64,000 nt of DNA from assembly GCA_951406725.2 (NCBI GenBank), contig OX597817.1, positions 94,612,001-94,676,000 of the forward strand, read 5' to 3'. The position numbers and the translations under genes are program-made. The notes under the pieces are model-generated. The model was given only the letters and a program-made list of their open reading frames with translations. It searched no databases and was not told where the DNA came from. The stretch is from Octopus vulgaris (lineage: Eukaryota). Positions 13,884 through 26,625 of the stretch are shown piece by piece; the first letter of the stretch is position 1, and every line of letters begins with the position of its first letter.

Positions 13884-14729
13884 AACAACAAACAAAATGA
13901 GGACAAATGAGGACAAATGTAAATAATGTAAGTAGGGCATTTAAGAAAATCCTGGACACAAATTGCCTTTAGATCAAAGTTGTAGAAAAGACAGGTAGGA
14001 CTATCCAATCTGTATTAAGTAAATCATACCCATTTGAAAGAATTACGTGCAGTATGTTCTACAATCCCACATATGAACTGCGAAAAGAAAAAACACTGTA
14101 TACCAGATTAAGTGCGAAGAAGGGACTCGAGCGATTGGTGAGATTTCTAGGAGCATCAATGACAGGTTCAAAGAACAGCTGGACAACTACATTGAAAAAA
14201 AAATCCGAAGTCCATCTTCTATCAGTATGCTGTAGACTACAACAATGGCTCCATAGGGAGTCATGGGTTAGATATCTTATTTACACATCTCACTGATGTA
14301 ATGCTGAAACAAGTCACTAAAGCTGTCTGTATACAGGAATACAAACCCATCATCAACCGTAAATCCGAAAGGGGTAACACCCAGATTTCACTTGGGAGTA
14401 CCCATCTATAATCACCCTTTTCTCTCATTTACATGTAGAAATCCATACATACATGTTGAGATACATGATGCTGAAATACATATATGTAGTTATATATATA
14501 ATCGTATGAGTGTACGTTTGTTTAGATGTATGTGTGTGTGTGCGTGGGTGTGTATGTGGTGTGTGTTGTGTGAGTATATGTGTGTATGAGTGTGCACATG
14601 CATGCACGTATGAGCATGTGCGTAGATATATGTATATGTTATGTGTGTGTGTCTGTGTGTGTGTGCACATATGTAAGTAAATAAAGAAACAAATTTGAAT
14701 TTTAACCGTTGTCCACGAAAATTATTTTT

Positions 14730-15031
14730 ATTATTTATGCGCCCTTTTCAAACCTAGCCAGGCTCATGGGTCCGGTTTGCCGGTTTCTGTGGCGTATGTG
14801 TTCCCCCCAGCTGGACGGGACGTCAGTCCATCGCAGCGTTACTCAAGAAACAGGTAGAGAGAGTGAGAGAAAGTTGGGGCAAAAGAGTACAACAGGGATC
14901 GCCATCACCCCCTGCCGGAGCCTCGTGGAGCTTTAGGTGTTTTATATTTTCGCTTAATAAACATACACAACGCCCGCTCTGGGAATTGAAACCGCGAGTC
15001 CGCTGCCCTAACCACTGGGCCATTGCACCTC
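14730..15031 (-). mobile_element. tRNA-derived SINE family C, tail type 1
   Basis: Head GGAGGTGCAATGGCCCAGTGGTTAGGGCAGCGGACTC, shared with 17463 and 29940. Confidence 0.8.
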
Positions 15032-15800
15032 CTGTTTACGAAAATAGTGACATATATAAATATGTGTAGATGGATAATCGTATACATGTGTGTACGATTA
15101 TCCATGTGTTTAAGATTATACCTATATATGTGAATGGGTTTCTATGATTGTGTGTGCGTGTATATATGTATAGGTAGGTTTATATTTGCATGTATGTATC
15201 TAAGACATTGTAGCCATCCATCGTGAATGGAGGGACACACGCACACACTTAAACATATATATGTGTGTATGTATGTGTGTCTGTGTGTGTGTGTGTGTGT
15301 ACAACCTTCGACAGAGTAACAGTCATGTATACAACTTGAAGAGACACACATATCAGTATATATACATACATTCACATATACATACACAAGTACACACACA
15401 CACACAGACACGTCTACACAGTTACATACCTAAATACTCACATACAACCGTACATACAGACATACACACATACATACGTATAGGCTTGCATCCATACATA
15501 CGCATGCACACATGCATACGCGCATACATACATACATACATACATACATACATACATACATACATACATACATACATACATACATACATACATACATGCA
15601 TGCATGCATACGTAGATACATGCGTATATATTATGAACTACTTTCTGAGATGCAGCACGGAATTTTGTCAGTGAACAGGTCGTGGTCTCAAAGCGACGAA
15701 AATATTTTGGCAAATTAAATTTAAATATTAAAGTGAATCTAAAGGTTTTTGTGTGTTTTTAATTACTTATAAACACCTACCACGCTGAAATTGTATATAT

Positions 15801-15864
<64 letters not shown>

Positions 15865-16027
15865 GTTATCGCCATACTAATATGGCATTCTTATAAAAAT
15901 AAGAATAAAGCTGTCCGCTTATTAGCTCCATGAGGCCATCGCCTTAAGTTAGCTATTTGATACACAAACTGTATCCATATAACCTTCGAACAAGGGAGGT
16001 CAGTCGCTCCACACTACTTGACCGGCA

Positions 16028-16069
16028 GCTACAGACGCGTTTCGGGGTATTGCCCCTTTTCAATGCAGC
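16028..16069 (-). ncRNA. Minimal type I hammerhead ribozyme, U3-A8 variant
   Basis: GCUGCA-UUGAAAA-GGGG-CAAUA-CCCC-GAAA-CGCG-UC-UGUAGC. Confidence 0.85.
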
Positions 16070-16390
16070 GTAGCCAGACCAGTAGGTGTCGCTTCTGACA
16101 ATCTCTGTTCGAAGGTTTTATTTACCTAGCTTCGGTGGAATACATCCACTTGTTTTCAATAATAGAAATATTAAAATTACTAAGTCTCTCTAAAAGAGAA
16201 CAACGGCAGCGTTTCCGGAAAATAATAGTTATCGCCATACTAATATGGCATTCTTATAAAAATAAGAATAAAGCTGTCCGCTTATTAGCTCCATGAGGCC
16301 ATCGCCTTAAGTTAGCTATTTGATACACAAACTGTATCCATATAACCTTCGAACAAGGGAGGTCAGTCGCTCTACACTACTTGACCGGCA

Positions 16391-16432
16391 GCTACAGACG
16401 CGTTTCGGGGTATTGCCCCTTTTCAATGCAGC
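16391..16432 (-). ncRNA. Minimal type I hammerhead ribozyme, U3-A8 variant (tandem copy)
   Basis: Identical to 16028-16069. Confidence 0.85.
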
Positions 16433-16640
16433 GTAGCTTTATTCTTATTTTTATAAGAATGCCATATTAGTATGGCGATAACTATTATTTTCCGGAAACG
16501 CTGCCGTTGTTCTCTTTTAGAGAGACTTAGTAATTTTAATATTTCTATTATTGAAAACAAGTGGATGTATTCCACCGAAGCTAGGTAAATAAAACCTTCG
16601 AACAGAGATTGTCAGAAGCGACACCTACTGGTCTGGCTAC

Positions 16641-16682
16641 GCTGCATTGAAAAGGGGCAATACCCCGAAACGCGTCTGTAGC
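16641..16682 (+). ncRNA. Minimal type I hammerhead ribozyme, U3-A8 variant (inverted copy)
   Basis: GCTGCA TTGAAAA GGGG CAATA CCCC GAAA CGCG TC TGTAGC. Confidence 0.85.
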
Positions 16683-16912
16683 TGCCGGTCAAGTAGTGTG
16701 GAGCGACTGACCTCCCTTGTTCGAAGGTTATATGGATACAGTTTGTGTATCAAATAGCTAACTTAAGGCGATGGCCTCATGGAGCTAATAAGCGGACAGC
16801 TTTATTCTTATTTTTATAAGAATGTCATATTAGTATGGCGATAACTATTATTTTCCGGAAACGCTGCCGTTGTTCTCTTTTAGAGAGACTTAGTAATTTT
16901 AATATTTCTATT

Positions 16913-17085
<173 letters not shown>

Positions 17086-17224
17086 CGGGTGTGTGTGATT
17101 GTGTATAGAATAATATATTAATTAAAGGAATTCCAACCTTGTCTGATTTTCACGTTTTATTTACAATCTTATAATGATATAATAAGATAAAATAAAATAA
17201 TAGAATTTAAATGTTCATTCTGAT

Positions 17225-17269
17225 TGAACTAGTACTTTCATGCATTGAATTATGCAATCTTCATGTTCA
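17225..17269 (-). ncRNA. Degenerate hammerhead motif in a PLE pLTR-like fragment (~17110-17450)
   Basis: UGAAC-AUGAAGA-UUGCAU(AAUUCA)AUGCAU-GAAA-GUAC-UA-GUUCA, with C3 replaced by A. Confidence 0.6.
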
Positions 17270-17462
17270 TGTAGTAGTGGTGACAGTCATGCTTCACAAT
17301 TTTTGACTGTAGCGCGATGGTTAAATCTGTGCATTAAATACACCTGCGTGGGCTCCAGATTGCTAGGTTTTGCAAACTGTATTCTGACCAATCAGTGTGT
17401 AGCGTCACTCAATTACTTAAGCTGATTGGTTGGTTTAGGTGTCATGCTTTATATATACATGT

Positions 17463-17770
17463 GGAGGCGCAATGGCCCACTGGTTAGGGCAGCGGACTCA
17501 CGGTCGTAGGATCGCGGTTTCGATTCCCAGACCGGGTGTTGTGAGTGTTTATTGAGCGAAAACACCTAAAGCTCCACGAGGCTCCGGCAGGGGGTGGTGG
17601 TGATCCCTGCCGTACTCTTTCGCTGCAACTTTCTCTCACTCTTTCTTCTGTTGGCCTGCTCGCTTAGCCAGCGGGGTGGCGTCATTTGAAGGCTAAAACA
17701 ATGCGAAGCGCATTGTGACCAGCGGTGTGTAGCAACATCTGATAGCCTGGTCGGTCACGTGATCACGTGA
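17463..17770 (+). mobile_element. tRNA-derived SINE family C, tail type 2
   Basis: GGAGGCGCAATGGCCCACTGGTTAGGGCAGCGGACTCACGG...GGTTTCGATTCCC. Confidence 0.85.
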
Positions 17771-18958
17771 TATATATATATATATACATATATATTCAAA
17801 ATCAACGTCGAAAATAAGTGTATATATCAATGAGAGATTAGCAATGTAGAGCTGTCTGCAACGTTTCGAATTTAAGCGCTACTTTAGAAAGTTAGTAAAA
17901 AATGTAGTGGAAAGAAAGGGAGAAAACGGGATTAAAAGATATACATGTGTTGGTCAGGTTCTATTGAAAATGATAGATTCGAATAACTGGAAGAGATAGA
18001 GTTATGTTTCACATGAACGAGATCAATGGGGTAGAAAACTACAGATACATACATACATACATAAATCATGAAAGTACGTATCTGTGTAGCATTAAGAGGA
18101 GGTAACTGTGAAGAGTATAGATTATGTGTGCTTATGTATATGACTGTGTACGTGTGTATGTATTTGGGTGTGCTAATAAGCCGCATGTTTTGTACTTCTT
18201 CCAATGTTAGTGTGAACTGGAGTAGTACCTGTAGTTGTCCTGGGACAACTTCTATGTGCTTGTCTGCGTATGTGTGTGTGTGTGTGTCTGTGTATGTGAT
18301 TGTGTATAATATAGCAGAGAAGAGGAGTAAAGAGCGATTAGAAGGTAAATATTAGAGAAATTAGATAGAAAGAAAGACATCAAGTGTAAAGGGTAAGTTT
18401 CTTCTACTGTAGTCCCCTATTGACTATTAACTTATGACAGAACGATAAAATCAGTAATGAAATGCAATATGTACTAGGATCGATATAATCGATTAAAACT
18501 TTGAATATGGTACCCAGAATGGCCAGAATCCAGTAACTGAAATCAGTAAAAAACAATAAACAAACAAGCAAACGAAAAAGACGATAAAAAATAGTTCAAT
18601 GTTGCTTTATCATTTCCTGGTTATTGTTTACGCTACGGTTGAGTGCAAGATGCCAACTTATGTTATAATCTGTTGAATCTTTTCACTGGCCTTGATTATA
18701 TCATTACAAGAACTATGTCAGGTGATCATGTTTACATACAGGTCAGTTTCACATAAACAAACAAACAATACAGCCATTGGTACATAATAGCGAAACTCTA
18801 GACAGCTGATAAATCTGCTAGAAATACCAGCCAAATCTCCTTCAAGACATGCCCTACCATATTAGATGATATAGTCTTGGATATGTTATGCCTGATAAAA
18901 TGGGATGGGCTTGATTGAAATGTCTTTTATGAAAGATCTTATCAATCACGGCTGATAT

Positions 18959-20905
18959 CACTGTGCAACACTCAAAAAGTACAAGAGATCTGATGCCATC
19001 TTTATATGCCAAGGGAAATCCATTTCTGGCCTTCGTGTTGTTGAATTAGGCATGGTTTCTACAGAATTGTCACTGTATACCCTTTTTGTCATTATTATTA
19101 AATAAAATTCTCTACCGCATTGTAAAATGGGTTTCAGACCAGTCTTATTAACACCTACAATGTGATTCAAAGTTTGTGTTTAATGTTTCTTTTATCTTTC
19201 AGATCTTATTTGTTTTCAACAATGAGTGCAAGACAGTGCAAAAATGATCCAAACAGATTCTGTTATATCTGTGGGGAATTGACTTTTGCTATTTACACAC
19301 CATATCAAGAAAGTATACAAGGCGTACTTCGATTGTTACTTGGGATACCAGGATAAGTCGTGGGCTCCTCATGTGTGTTGCCTTACATGTGTGAAGACAT
19401 TGAGTGCCTGATATGCAGGAAAAAATGTTCACATGAAATTTGGTGTACCATTGATTTGGCGTGAAAAAGTAACACATTGTTTGCCCAAATTTCCAATCAG
19501 CAATGCGCCCAGTAGAGCACTCAGAAAATTTACCTCTGCCCAAACCTCCATATCAAGAAATGCAGAGTTCCAACAGTGCTTATGATCATTCCAGTGGTGA
19601 ATGTGTGGATCCCAATGATCCAGAAAGCGAGAATAAACCAATATCATTTTCTCAAGAGGCTCTAAATGACTTGTAATGACATCATTGAACTTTTTGATCA
19701 ACTGGAAATACCACATGATAAAACCAACTGGCGACTTTTCATAGATGCATCCAAGGACAGCATCAAAGCTGTTCTGCTACACAATGGTGACACTCTGCCT
19801 TCTGTTCCCATAGCTTATAACACAACCATGAAAGAATCATATGAAAATCTGAAAGCAATTCTAACAAGCATACAGTATGATGACCATAACTGGCATATTT
19901 GTGCAGATTTTAAGGTTGTGACCATGCTTACTGACCTTCAGCTTGATTATACTAAATTTTGCTGTTTCCTGTGCTTATGGAATTCCTGAGCAAGAGCTGA
20001 ACATTATGTGCGCAAGGATTGGCCGATCCGAGATGAAATTGAGCAAGGAAAACAGCATAATGCACAAATCACTTGTGAAAAGTGATATAATTTTTTCACC
20101 ACCTTTGCATATTAAACTTGGTTTGTTTAAGCAATTTGTGAAAGACTTGGACAAGGAATCGTCCGCATTTGCATATCTTGCAAAAAAGTTCCCTTCCCTG
20201 AGTCAAGCTAAAATTAAAGAAGGTTTCTTCATAGGTCCCCAAATTCGAAAATTGTACTTGATGAAACCTTCATCACATATCTCAAGAGAAAAGAGAAGCT
20301 TGCTTTTAAATCATTCAAGAAAGTTTGCGATAACTTCCTGGGCAACCATTGTTCAGAAGACTATGTGCAAGTTGTGAATGATCTGCTGAGTCATTATCAT
20401 GATATGGGATGTAACATGTCTCTAAATGTTCATGTACTTCACTCTCATTTAGACTTCTGTGCGGAAAACTTTGGTGATGTGAGTGATGAACATGGCGAAA
20501 GATTCCATCAGGATATTTCAGTGATGATTCAAAGGAAAATGGTACTCTGCCATGTTGGCAGACTACTGCTGGGGTATAAAAAAAGAAGATCACACTCCGC
20601 ACAAGAAGCTTAGAAGGACAAATGTTGTTTAAACTGACAGGTGTGCTTTTAATTCATAAGCAATATATGTTTTGTTATACCAACTAAATTTTTGTTTTGT
20701 TTTTTATAACTTTAAGTATTTGCAGTGTTGTGTTCAATACGCAATATTATGCAGTATATTATAAAACATATGGATCAAAGTACAGGAAAACAGTGCCTAA
20801 TCTGGAGAAATAAAGGTCAGAATCAGAATCAGGATAATTCTTTGACCCAGAAACAAGTCATACTTAACTTGTACTTTTTTTTAACCTGAAATTTGTTGCA
20901 CAGTG
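18959..20905 (+). mobile_element. Full-length but decayed Chapaev3-type (CMC) DNA transposon
   Basis: TIR CACTGTGCAACA/TGTTGCACAGTG and 3-bp TSD TAT. Transposase motifs CKNDPNRFCYICG, QDKSWAPHVCC, WRLFIDASKDSIKAVLLHNG, PPLHIKLGL and SDEHGERFHQDI. Several frameshifts and stops. Confidence 0.88.
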
Positions 20906-21519
20906 TATTCAGCAACAACATTAAAAATTCAGATAACTTTTGTTATTCAAAGTAGGTAGGTTATCAAGAAAATATTTTATCGGTAATAAGTTCTAACAGG
21001 ATGGTTAAATTTAGCATCCCTAAAATATTTATGCTATCGTAGAAGGAACACATTTGAATCTTTAAAAAGTGCTTTGCCATTCAACGCCCTAATGGAAGCA
21101 CAGAAAGTTAAAGTAGATTATATTAGAGTCTAATATAATCTTATAATTAATCTAATTATAATTAAACCAATATATTTTTATTTTCACAATGTCGTTTACA
21201 TAGGTTTCTTTGCAGAAATATTAAGTTTTACGTAAGCATATTTTATTTTAATATATAGGCTTGAATTGTTCTTTCCATTCAGTTAAGCTACTTTATCCCG
21301 TTTATCGAGTACTTATACTAACATAGCTTCTTTTAGCCTATATTTCTGGTGAGCTTTTTTTTAATAATTATAAATGTGTGTGTAGGTGTATACATATGTG
21401 TGCGTGTATTTGTGCATGTGTGTTTGTGTGTGGGTAATTGTGTAAATAAATTCACATTCGTAACTCGCTGTGTGAATGCGAATCTATTTGTATAGCTAGG
21501 TTAGATTTGTTTACAGAAG

Positions 21520-21930
21520 CTCCACAAAAATGTGTTGTCAACTACATCTTCACAGTTCTGTACATTGATTGACAGTCCTTTCTGATTGTGGTTTGTGCTA
21601 AGGACTGCTTTCCAGTGCACAGCTCACCAGAGAACAGCTGCTTTAGAATTTTATTATCTTCCAAACGCATAACATGGCCTGTTGGAAGTATGAAATGTGT
21701 AGCCGTGTACTCATTTCAAAGGTTGGGCACGTCAACTGTCCCATGATAGAGCAGCAACGCTCTTCCACCTATACGGGTTGATATGGCTTGTTTGCGTGAG
21801 AAAGAACTTGCAAATCGGTTTCGAATCTGAACTGATATATGGCGGTTCAAAGAGATCATATCTTACAAATTGATCCGATCAATCCAGTAGAACTTTGCAC
21901 TTTTGTCTGTCAGCTGTGCTTCAAACCATG
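21520..21930 (-). mobile_element. RTE-clade LINE, 3' fragment
   Basis: Minus-strand translation GHVMRLEDNKILKQLFSGEL. Confidence 0.65.
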
Positions 21931-21944
21931 CAGATATGTGTTTA

Positions 21945-22019
<75 letters not shown>

Positions 22020-22244
22020 AACTATCTATCTATATAACTAACTAACTAAGTAACTAGCCAACTAACTAACTAATTAATTATCACTATTTTATTTTGCTTA
22101 TTTTTCTTTGATTTACTACTAAATCCATGTAGACAGTTGCCCATACATTGCAACGGCTCAACAGCTTAAACCTACGGTCACTGACAACAAACTGTATTAA
22201 AACCGAGTGAAACAGATTTATTTAACAAGATACCCCTAATAACA

Positions 22245-22348
22245 TCACCTGACGAGACGCTTCTGCACCGAGGGATGTACCATAACCAGGTGTACAGTAT
22301 CCCACTCGCAAGGGATCGATACAGGGTGGGTCGAAACGATCGTTGTGA
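22245..22348 (+). ncRNA. Type I hammerhead ribozyme with canonical core and 77-nt stem II
   Basis: UCAC-CUGACGA-GAC[71 nt]GUC-GAAA-CGAUCG-UU-GUGA, followed by AATAAA and a (TA) end. Confidence 0.8.
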
Positions 22349-22404
22349 GCAATAAAGTTTCTCGTGTATTCCATTTTCTCTCTATACCATTTGCTAAATA
22401 TATA

Positions 22405-22812
22405 TAGTAGCATGCTTACCAACTACATGGTTCCGGGTTCATTCCCATTGCGTGGCACCTTGGGCAAGTGTCTTCTAATCTAGCCTCGGGCTGACCAAAG
22501 CTTTGTAAATGGATTTGGTAGACGGAAACTGAAAGAAGCTCGTCGTTTATATGTATATATATATGTATGTGTATGTATGTGTATGTATATATTTATGTAT
22601 TTGTGTTTGTTCCCCCCAACATCGCTTGACAACCGATGCTGGTGTGTTCATGTCTCTGTAAAAGAAACCGATAGAATCGGCAAAAGAAGCCGATGGAATA
22701 AGTACTAGGCTTCCAAAGAATAAGTCCTGGGCTCGATTTGCTCAACTAAAGGCGGTGCTCCAGCATGGCCGCAGTCAAATGACTGAAACAAGTAAAAGAG
22801 TAAAAGAGTAAA
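22405..22812 (+). mobile_element. SINE family A
   Basis: Matches 1447-1853 in reverse orientation. Confidence 0.85.
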
Positions 22813-22844
22813 GAATATATATATATATATACACGTATGTATTT

Positions 22845-22927
<83 letters not shown>

Positions 22928-22944
22928 CGTGCGTGTGTGTATAT

Positions 22945-23078
22945 AATATTCACTCTACAGCAGATCTCTGAGAAATCGTGGGAACATTGCCAAGAGTTGC
23001 ACGCCTGCATTGTAGAACTCGAAAAGGCAGATGACTGTGTGAAGCGAGACATACTGTAAAGAGTTTTGTATGGGTTTG
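22945..23078 (+). mobile_element. RTE-like reverse transcriptase fragment
   Basis: IFTLQQISEKSWEH..LHACIVELEKADDCVKR resembles IFxLRQIxEK...FVDLEKAYDxV. Confidence 0.6.
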
Positions 23079-23552
23079 GGGAAACTTCTGATTAGCTATA
23101 CGTTAGAACTGTAGTTATATCCTTGGTAAAAAAAAATAAAATCTATTTCAATTACATCATTTAATCAAAATTTCTCTTTTACTAACGAAATGTCAAAGAT
23201 CCTTTCGGCTTAGACAAATACATTTGTGTTTTCTTTCCATTATTGTCAAATATTATGAGTGGTATGTAGCACAAATAAAATGCAATAATATTTCAATATT
23301 GTGTTTCCTTTTTTCTCTCTTTTTTTATATATTACACTTAGTACTTTAAAAATCAATTCACCAAATTGTTTTCCAATTGCGGAATTCAGAGAATTCATTG
23401 ACTAAAGCACGTGTATTATTGTATTAACTTTAGATTTAAGGCTTTTGGTGCAAGCTTCCTTAACATCAGACCAGCAAGACAAAATATCGGCAATTGGCAC
23501 ATTGTGTAAATAAATTCACATTCGTAACTCACAATGTGAATGCAAATCTATT

Positions 23553-23594
<42 letters not shown>

Positions 23595-23719
23595 CATACA
23601 TGTATGTACGTATGTCTATATATATATTGTCTACCGAAGTATATATACAAACATATATACATATGCACATACAAATATACATACAAATATATGTGTATAT
23701 ATGTGTGTGTGTGTGATAA

Positions 23720-23759
<40 letters not shown>

Positions 23760-24428
23760 CTAATTTTATGTCTTGTATTTTCAGGAACAGCTTGATGTAT
23801 CAGTGAATAGTAAACAATTTTGGAGAGCATAAAACTTAAAGTTGTAGTTGAGAAATAGTTAGCTGATATGGAGAACTGGAAGCCGTCTGAATATTGGAAA
23901 AGAATTATATGTATCATGATGATTCGCGCCGTATGTAAAAATTTCGACATCATGACTGATGCTCGGTGCTCTTTGAACTCTGTAAAGGCTGAAACACATG
24001 ACATGCCAGCAGCAACGGAGACTACGTAGCCATGGTCAGTAGGAATGGACATAGCAGGTGTTCTACTGCATATCTTAGAGATCCATACTTATCATAGAAG
24101 GTATAAAATGACCTAAGTTAAGGAAAATAGTTATTCTGTTCTAATACAGTAGCATGACACGTAAGGTATGTATTCATCATTCCATTTGTGTAATTGATAC
24201 CGTTGCAAGGAAGTACAATCGCTTATCCCAAAGGACATGGAAGCACAAGTGCGCGCGCGCGTGCGTGTGCGTGTGTGTGTGCGCGCGCACGTGCGTATAG
24301 GAGAGGGCTAAATTACAGGAAATAGGTTCTAGAATCTGTAAAAGAAGCTAGAATGAATTAAAATTTTTTCTCCAGTGCATGCCTTAACCTTGTCTATTTC
24401 TACCTTTCTATGTGTATATAAGAGCATT

Positions 24429-24460
<32 letters not shown>

Positions 24461-25049
24461 TGTATGTATGTATGTATCGCTGGAGGATTTGATAAGAGAA
24501 TCCTACAGGCATTTTCAGATGATAAACTTATTCTAATTAATAATGAATTTAGAGGCTGAAGTATTTCCAGTGTATTAAATATTAAAAGCTTGGGCATAAA
24601 TTACGCAAAGTATGCCCGTGCAAGGAAATTAAAAATGTTTTAGTAAGTGACATACTACTTTCTTACTGTACGTAGTTTACAATGATAAGATCAGGATAAA
24701 TTGAATTCCCATACAGACTGTAGCATTTCGAAGTTCGTCTTTCTTCCAAGATTGAGGACCGTGAAAAATATGATGTATCTTTTATAGACATATAATGTTA
24801 AAAAAATATATTAAAAAAAAGCAAAAACTATCCAGCAGTGGTGATGGTATTACTAAATACGTATTTCTGGCTCTTTAAGCTTCGTCAGTGGCAAGCATCT
24901 ACTGGCAACTGTGATTAATTTAGGAATATCACTACTGCTGTACGATTTCCGTCTGCAACTCATATATTTATGTATTTTTACACAATACGTCTATAAGAGA
25001 TGCTACTCGATACGAATACTACGGTTCATCAGGCTTCCAACGATGTATC

Positions 25050-25408
25050 TGTGTATGCTGCACAGATTGGTATTTTGCATAATAAATGGCACTCCGTCGA
25101 TTACGACGCCGAGTGTTCCAGTTGGCCCGGTCAACGGAACAGCCTACTCATGAAATTAACATGCAAGTGGCTGAGCACTCTACAGGCACGCGTACCCTTA
25201 GCATAGTTCTCAGGGGAATTCAGCGTGACACAGAAGGTGAAAAGGCTGACCCTGTGAATTACGAGTAGAACTCATTTTTGCCAGGTGCGTGGACTGAGCA
25301 ACGTGAAATAAAATGTATTGCTCAAGAACACAACAAACCCCCAGGAATCAAACTCACCACCTAACGTTCATCAGCCAAACACCCTTTACCACTGAGCCAC
25401 GTGCCTTC
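25050..25408 (-). mobile_element. tRNA-derived SINE (further family)
   Basis: Head GAAGGCACGTGGCTCAGTGGTAAAGGGTG...GAGTTTGATTCCTGG on the minus strand. Confidence 0.7.
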
Positions 25409-25551
25409 ACTTATTGATAAAGGAGATAATTTAGACGTTTCAAGTGATTTTGAGTTATTTAATACGAGAATAATTTTGTTATAAACTGTCGAATTGTTAA
25501 CGATTGTACTATATACATGTGTGTGAATATACATACAAATGTATATACATT

Positions 25552-25605
<54 letters not shown>

Positions 25606-25737
25606 ACAATTAAGGATAATCTCTTAATAAGGGATCTTAACAAGAAATTATCGGGTAGCTAGCGTGAAAACCTCATAAAAGAAAAGAATCCGAAAATAAT
25701 TTTTTTCTTTTGAACAAATTAATTATATCTATATTGT

Positions 25738-26044
25738 ATAGAGGGCATTATTACACATAAATACACTAGGAGGGACAAGTCATTACTACCAAAATTAACT
25801 AATCATACCCAAATGCAGTTTTTCAAAGCAAGACATTTAAAAAATGAATTTAGTTTGTATCACCGTGATTTCACATACAACTTACGTCTAATTAGACGTA
25901 AGTTGTATGTGAAATCACGGTGATACAGAACTAAATTCATTTTTTAAATGTCTTGCTTTTGAAAACTGCATTTGGTATGATTAGTATAATTTTGTAGTAA
26001 TGACTTTGTCCTCCTAGTGTGAGATTTATGTGTAATAATGCCCT

Positions 26045-26048
<4 letters not shown>
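25738..26048. repeat. Spacer-less palindrome (arms ~155 bp) next to (TA)n
   Basis: Centre ...CTTACGTCTAATTAGACGTAAG..., and arms pair out to GAGGGCATTATT/AATAATGCCCTC. Confidence 0.9.
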
Positions 26049-26111
<63 letters not shown>

Positions 26112-26456
26112 GTATATGCATATGTATATACATATATATGCATATATGAATGCGTGCATGCGTATATATGTATATAGGTGTCTGTGTGTGTGTGTGTGTT
26201 TATATGGTGTTTCAATGTGTATGTATGTATCTAGACATGTATGTATGTTTGTATATATTCCCACTAGCATTTATCAACGGGTGTTCACTTAAAATAAAAA
26301 GAGAGAACTCAATACATCCGTAGAGTGATATGTGTATTGGTGCAGTACTAAAGTTCAAAGCATCTGACGAAAATGTCATTTAACTAAAAACTTTGATCTT
26401 TCATATTGAACCAAAACACGCATTTATATTTTTTATGTGTATGTATATGAGTGTGC

Positions 26457-26490
<34 letters not shown>

Positions 26491-26569
26491 AAGACAGACA
26501 GACAGGTAGAGAGGAGAGAAGGGCAGAGAGAGAGTTAAAAATTCTAATGCCTGGAACATTAAAATGCTA

Positions 26570-26625
<56 letters not shown>

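Larger units (their letters stand above)
12770..13928 (-). mobile_element. 5'-truncated Penelope/Poseidon-type PLE with an inverted pLTR at its 5' end and a 12-bp TSD
   Basis: GIY-YIG ORF at 13082-13426. About 13806-13928 is the inverted copy of about 12815-12935. Direct repeat TAAGTAGGGCAT at 12758-12769 and 13929-13940. Confidence 0.9.
11545..14330 (+). mobile_element. Decayed Penelope-like element (RT, thumb, linker), interrupted by a nested PLE at 12770-13928
   Basis: GSMDVVSLYPSI, FKFNNKLYKQMKGGAI, YPRYIDDI and LPVLDTELW. The reading FVDATLRNELSRA|FKKIL..IKVVEKTGRTIQSVLSKSYPF continues across the nested insert. Confidence 0.85.

Noticed and set aside
14292-14318. CTGATGTAATGCTGAAACAAGTC at the end of the host PLE
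   Set aside because: Possibly a deleted HHR, but stem II and A9 are absent, so it is too degenerate to call.
23950-24006. CTGATGC...GAAAC hammerhead-like string
   Set aside because: A9 is missing and there is no proper stem III or NUH site.
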